Below, in pieces: positions 60,351 through 64,000 of a DNA stretch of 64,000 nucleotides (position 1 is the stretch's first letter; every line of letters begins with the position of its first letter). The position numbers and the translations under genes were made by a program. Location: positions 96,001-160,000 of the forward strand of contig CAWHAE010000020.1 in NCBI GenBank assembly GCA_963827235.1, in the 5' to 3' direction. The notes beneath the pieces were generated by a model, which saw nothing but the letters and a program-made list of their open reading frames with translations, made no database searches and had not been told where the DNA came from. This stretch comes from an uncultured bacterium. GTDB lineage: Bacteria > Chloroflexota > UBA5177 > JANWHV01.

Positions 60351-61634
60351 CTACTGGGTCTTCACCTGGAATGACCACTGCAGTTCGGCCTGGCCGGGCT
60401 GGCTGATGCGTACGGTGTAGGTTCCGCCGGTCAAGGGCTGCGCAGGGATGAGAAAGACGAGCTTCTCGTTTCGCATATCGCGTCGATTGGCCGTCTGCTC
60501 CGCTGCGTCCGCCGCCTTGAACGTCGTGTCGTCCACGACGCAGAAAGTGCCGCTACCGCTGGACTCGCGCAGGCCCGACGAACCGCTTATGCTTGCCCTC
60601 AGCGACTGGCTCGGAGGTTGAGCGAGCCGGACGATCAGCGGCAAGCCGGCCTTCCTGTCCTGCCAGCCGCAGGTGAGCAGAGGATCCGGGGCTTCGGTGC
60701 TGAGCATGTGCGTGAGGTTGGTGGTCATGCCCGGGGCGGGAAGGAAGATCGGCTTCGTGGTCCTGCTTAGAGCGAAGTCATAGCCGTCCCAGACGTCCAG
60801 CCCGCCGATCCCCGCCGCCGGATCGTAGGCAAAGGCGACGGAGCGGAGACGCGGGTCGAGCATGACCTGGCCGTGAAACGGCGCCGTGAGCCAAACGTCG
60901 ATCACATACACGTCTGTGTACTTGACATAATCGGATACCAGGTTGCTGTCCTCAACCGCTTCTCCATCCTTGGTGTAATACGGACTGGCGGGATTCTCCG
61001 TGTGCGGTGACGCATAGTCGCCCGTGCGATAACGCGCCGGGGTATTGGCGAGATAACGTATGTGATGCTGCAAGCCAAGGTTCCACGCGGGCTGGTTGGT
61101 CAGCGGCGCCACCCCGGCTGCCCTGCGGTACCGGTTGATCTCCGCCAGCCAGGCAGGCTCGGGTGCGGCGACGGTGAAGGTCGTGCGCAGCGCTTCGCGG
61201 TCCTGAATGAAGAGCCTCGCGCTGTAGGAGCCGGCCGCGTACGTGGTGCCGCGGTGCGGCGCCAGTTTCTTCATGAACATGCCGTTCACGTACCTGCCGG
61301 TGAATCGTGCGTCATAAGCATAGAGCTTGCCGGACGCGTCGTATACGGCCAGCTGGAACTTCGTCGCGTTGACAGTGGCATTCGCATATGCGAAATAGAA
61401 GGCGACCAGCGTGGTTCCTGGCGGGAACATCGCTGTCTGTGCGGGCGGCGTCGTCGTAGTGCTGGCCACCCAGCTCTTGTAGGCATCGACCGTCGCCGTG
61501 TAGAACACGTGCGCTGTGGGGGCAGCATCCGGCGCAGCGGCTGCAGCCGTATTGGACAGCATGCCGCAGAACACCAGGAGCGCGATCAGGACCAGCGAGG
61601 AGGCACGTCGCGTGAAGGAGTCGCGGCCATTCAT
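60351..61634 (-). CDS. Secreted CAP (SCP/PR-1)-domain protein with N- and C-terminal beta-rich domains
   Basis: Signal peptide, INRYRRAAGVAPL, HHIRY, HTE, WLTAPFH...LDP, C-terminal FLIPAQPL..GTYTV...WSF. Confidence 0.8.
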   Translation of the reverse strand: MNGRDSFTRRASSLVLIALLVFCGMLSNTAAAAAPDAAPTAHVFYTATVDAYKSWVASTTTTPPAQTAMFPPGTTLVAFYFAYANATVNATKFQLAVYDASGKLYAYDARFTGRYVNGMFMKKLAPHRGTTYAAGSYSARLFIQDREALRTTFTVAAPEPAWLAEINRYRRAAGVAPLTNQPAWNLGLQHHIRYLANTPARYRTGDYASPHTENPASPYYTKDGEAVEDSNLVSDYVKYTDVYVIDVWLTAPFHGQVMLDPRLRSVAFAYDPAAGIGGLDVWDGYDFALSRTTKPIFLPAPGMTTNLTHMLSTEAPDPLLTCGWQDRKAGLPLIVRLAQPPSQSLRASISGSSGLRESSGSGTFCVVDDTTFKAADAAEQTANRRDMRNEKLVFLIPAQPLTGGTYTVRISQPGQAELQWSFQVKTQ

Positions 61635-61647
61635 CGTCACATCCCAC

Positions 61648-63084
61648 TCATGAGGCTGCTGCGGATGCGGCAAACGCGATCAGGTGGGTTCGTGTGAGCT
61701 TCGCGCCGGCGGTGTAGCGGAAACCGCCCGCGTCCCAGGTGATGGTGCTCTCCGCGCACGAAGCGCCGCACTGCCCCAGCCGGAAATAGCCGGTCACGCT
61801 GTCGGTGAGCTTGATCGGGCTGCCCGCCGGCTTGCCTGTGCCCGGGGCTCGCACGCCCTCCAGGTCCGCGTAGTGACAGGCGTCCGCACCATTACACGTC
61901 GCGCTGAAGTCCACCTCGATCATGTAATGGCCCGGCTTGGCTATGCTCAGCGTGGCGTACAGGTGAGTGCTCGTCAGCTCGGGGAAGATGGTCGGGAGCT
62001 GCGCCGGCACTTTGGTGGTCGCCAGGCGGGGCAGCAGGCTCCGGAACAGTGGCGCCGCCGCACTCGAGGCGCTACCCGACGTGCCGCTGCCCGTGGTAAC
62101 CACCGTGCCCTGCGCCCCAACGGCGATGCACTCGGCGGCACTGACACAACTGATGTTGGTCAGGCTGGCCGTCGTATCCGATTGCTTTGCCGTCCATGTC
62201 TTGCCACCGTCCGCCGTCGCCACGATGCTGCCGCCGTCCCCTACCGCGTAGCAGATCTCGGCTGTAGGGCAGTCGATGCGCACGAGATACCCGCCGGAAG
62301 GCGGCGCGGTCCGCACAGGCGACCATTTGGCGCCGCCGCTATGGCTGGTCAGAATGTCACCGGATTCTCCCACTGCATAGCATGTGGAGGCAGCCGTGCA
62401 GTCGATGCCGGCGAGCCGGCTCTGGAAGCTCAACGCGATCTTGTGCCACGACGCTCCGCCATTGCGCGTTGCCAGGATAGTGCCGCTGTCGCCCACGGCG
62501 TAGCAGAGCGAAGTGCCGGCGCAGCTAACGTCATGCAGATCGGTCGTGGTACCCGACTTCTGCATCGTCCACTTGGCGCCGCCGTTGGTCGTGGCCAGTA
62601 TAGTACCGTTCTGCCCCACGGCAAAGCAGTCCTGCCCGTTCACGCAGCGCACGCTGGATAATCCGCTCACCGTGTCGCTCTCCAGCGACCACTTGGCACC
62701 GCCGTTCGTGGTGACCTGGATGACGCCGGCGTCGGTATCCGGGTTGAAACCGACGACGATGCACCGCTTGGCCAGCGGGCAGCTTATTCCATAGAGCCCT
62801 CCCTTCGTGCCGGGCCTCTGCGCGATCCACGACGTGCCGCCGGTAGTGGTAGCAAGGATCGTGCTCGCGCTGCCCACCGCGATGCAGTTCGTGGCGCTCC
62901 AGCAGCTTATGCTCAGCAGATTCGCGCTTGACGCGGGACTCTGCAGCACCCAGCCGGCGCTCGCCGGCGCCGCGCTCGCGGCCTGTGCTGCACCGCCCGG
63001 CGCGTGCAGTCCCGCAAGGCCGGCGACCAGTAGAATGGCGGCGATTCCACGCCGCAGAGACGGCATGCAGACGTTCATGCTCAC
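61648..63084 (-). CDS. Secreted YCF48/BNR-like Cx5C propeller fused to a C-terminal 4-Cys domain of unknown function
   Basis: Signal peptide ending AQA, seven Cx5C/Asp-box repeats, Ser/Gly/Ala linker, then a domain of about 135 aa homologous to 63274..63831. Confidence 0.85.
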   Translation of the reverse strand: MSMNVCMPSLRRGIAAILLVAGLAGLHAPGGAAQAASAAPASAGWVLQSPASSANLLSISCWSATNCIAVGSASTILATTTGGTSWIAQRPGTKGGLYGISCPLAKRCIVVGFNPDTDAGVIQVTTNGGAKWSLESDTVSGLSSVRCVNGQDCFAVGQNGTILATTNGGAKWTMQKSGTTTDLHDVSCAGTSLCYAVGDSGTILATRNGGASWHKIALSFQSRLAGIDCTAASTCYAVGESGDILTSHSGGAKWSPVRTAPPSGGYLVRIDCPTAEICYAVGDGGSIVATADGGKTWTAKQSDTTASLTNISCVSAAECIAVGAQGTVVTTGSGTSGSASSAAAPLFRSLLPRLATTKVPAQLPTIFPELTSTHLYATLSIAKPGHYMIEVDFSATCNGADACHYADLEGVRAPGTGKPAGSPIKLTDSVTGYFRLGQCGASCAESTITWDAGGFRYTAGAKLTRTHLIAFAASAAAS

Positions 63085-63273
63085 ACTTTCACCTCTTGAG
63101 ACTTGTTGCCGGCGTCTAGCCGGCCGGTGTCAGATCAGCGACCAATCATTACAGTTGGACGGCTCGTTCGGCCACCCCGCGCAGGGATGTGATGCGTCCG
63201 CCCGCCTTCGAAGCGCCGAGCCTGTGCTACACGGCTCCTCTCGCCGGCACGCGACTCACTGCCGGGTGCGTGC

Positions 63274-63831
63274 TCAGCGACTTGCAGCTGCCGTGTGGGC
63301 GCCGGCGCCGACTGCCGACCTGGCGAACGCGATCAGGTCTCGCTCGCTCAGCTTGGCGCCGGAGCTGTAGCGGGCATGGCCGCTGTCCCAGGTGATGGTG
63401 TCCAGCAGGCAGTAGGCTCGGCAGCTTCCGCGCACGTAGTAGCCGGTGACGTTGTGCCCGAGATCCACGCGGGTTCCCGACGGGGTCTTCATGCCCGCCG
63501 CGCGCAGCCGGCCTTCGAGCTGGCCGTAGGCGCAGGCGTTCTCGCCCCGGCAGCTCGATGTGAAGCCTATGTAGACCAGGTAGTGACCCGGAATCGCCTG
63601 CCCTACGGCGGCGTATAGGTGGGACGTAGTGGCCTCTGGGAAGACTGACGGTAGGTATACCGGAACCTTGGTCCTCTCCAGCGTCGGCAACAGCGATTGG
63701 AACACGGGGCTTACCGCCGGGCCTTTGCCCGCCGCGTTTGCCACCGTGTATCGACTTGTCGTGATCAGGACGACGCCACATGCACAACTCACACACAGTC
63801 TGACCAGGGCTCGGAACCTCATGCCGCGCAC
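63274..63831 (-). CDS. Secreted hypothetical protein; stand-alone copy of the 4-Cys domain
   Basis: Signal-like N-terminus ending ANA. Aligns by eye over the full domain with the C-terminus of the downstream gene. Confidence 0.8.
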   Translation of the reverse strand: MRGMRFRALVRLCVSCACGVVLITTSRYTVANAAGKGPAVSPVFQSLLPTLERTKVPVYLPSVFPEATTSHLYAAVGQAIPGHYLVYIGFTSSCRGENACAYGQLEGRLRAAGMKTPSGTRVDLGHNVTGYYVRGSCRAYCLLDTITWDSGHARYSSGAKLSERDLIAFARSAVGAGAHTAAASR

Positions 63832-64000
63832 GATTCACTCTTTCTGTACAAAGTCTCGCTCCAGCACTGCGCCGCAGCGAAGCATACTATCTATCCTAAC
63901 GGATAACCAACACGTTCCGTAACGCCTCTGACGGTGCTTGGTCACGCGGGCTGGTCACGCGCGGGTAGTGCCGGCGGCCAGCAACATCGCACGGAAGGCG

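Noticed and set aside
59262-63084. Repeats as a CRISPR array, or genes as photosystem II factor Ycf48
   Set aside because: The repeats are degenerate in-frame protein repeats with no spacers or cas genes. No photosynthesis genes are present, so only the fold is shared.
63939-63961. Direct repeat TGGTCACGCG x2 near the window end
   Set aside because: Only two short GC-rich copies with truncated context, which cannot be distinguished from chance.

Overview
GC-rich bacterial chromosomal window of mostly metabolic and accessory genes. The gene mix suggests a soil Chloroflexota-like organism, which is inference only. I saw no mobile element, prophage or CRISPR array. In order it contains: (1) a Dpp/Opp ABC transporter followed by an acetamidase/formamidase and an amidase-signature enzyme; (2) tRNA-Val(TAC), a Ser/Thr kinase fused to a PQQ-type propeller with a small partner gene, a DUF2851-like gene, glutamine-dependent nadE, a Uma2 protein and a secreted FG-GAP protein; (3) a 13.6-kb GntR-associated catabolic locus (sugar ABC, M20 hydrolase, FGGY kinase, Opp ABC, class III aminotransferase) with a recurring AT-rich motif; (4) malic enzyme and a LacI-associated glycan locus (three GH31, one GH127/146, ABC transporter) with tandem palindromes on overlapping divergent promoters; (5) a compact hopanoid cluster (shc, hpnH, hpnA, hpnG-like, single-step squalene synthase, GT2, fni); (6) ArsR plus MFS, and a gluconokinase; (7) four co-oriented secreted cysteine-rich proteins (two 7-repeat Cx5C propellers, a CAP protein, and a small 4-Cys domain present both free and fused). 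Block 7, the GntR locus and the hopanoid cluster are the best candidates for undescribed biology. All family calls come from motif recognition; no database searches were run.
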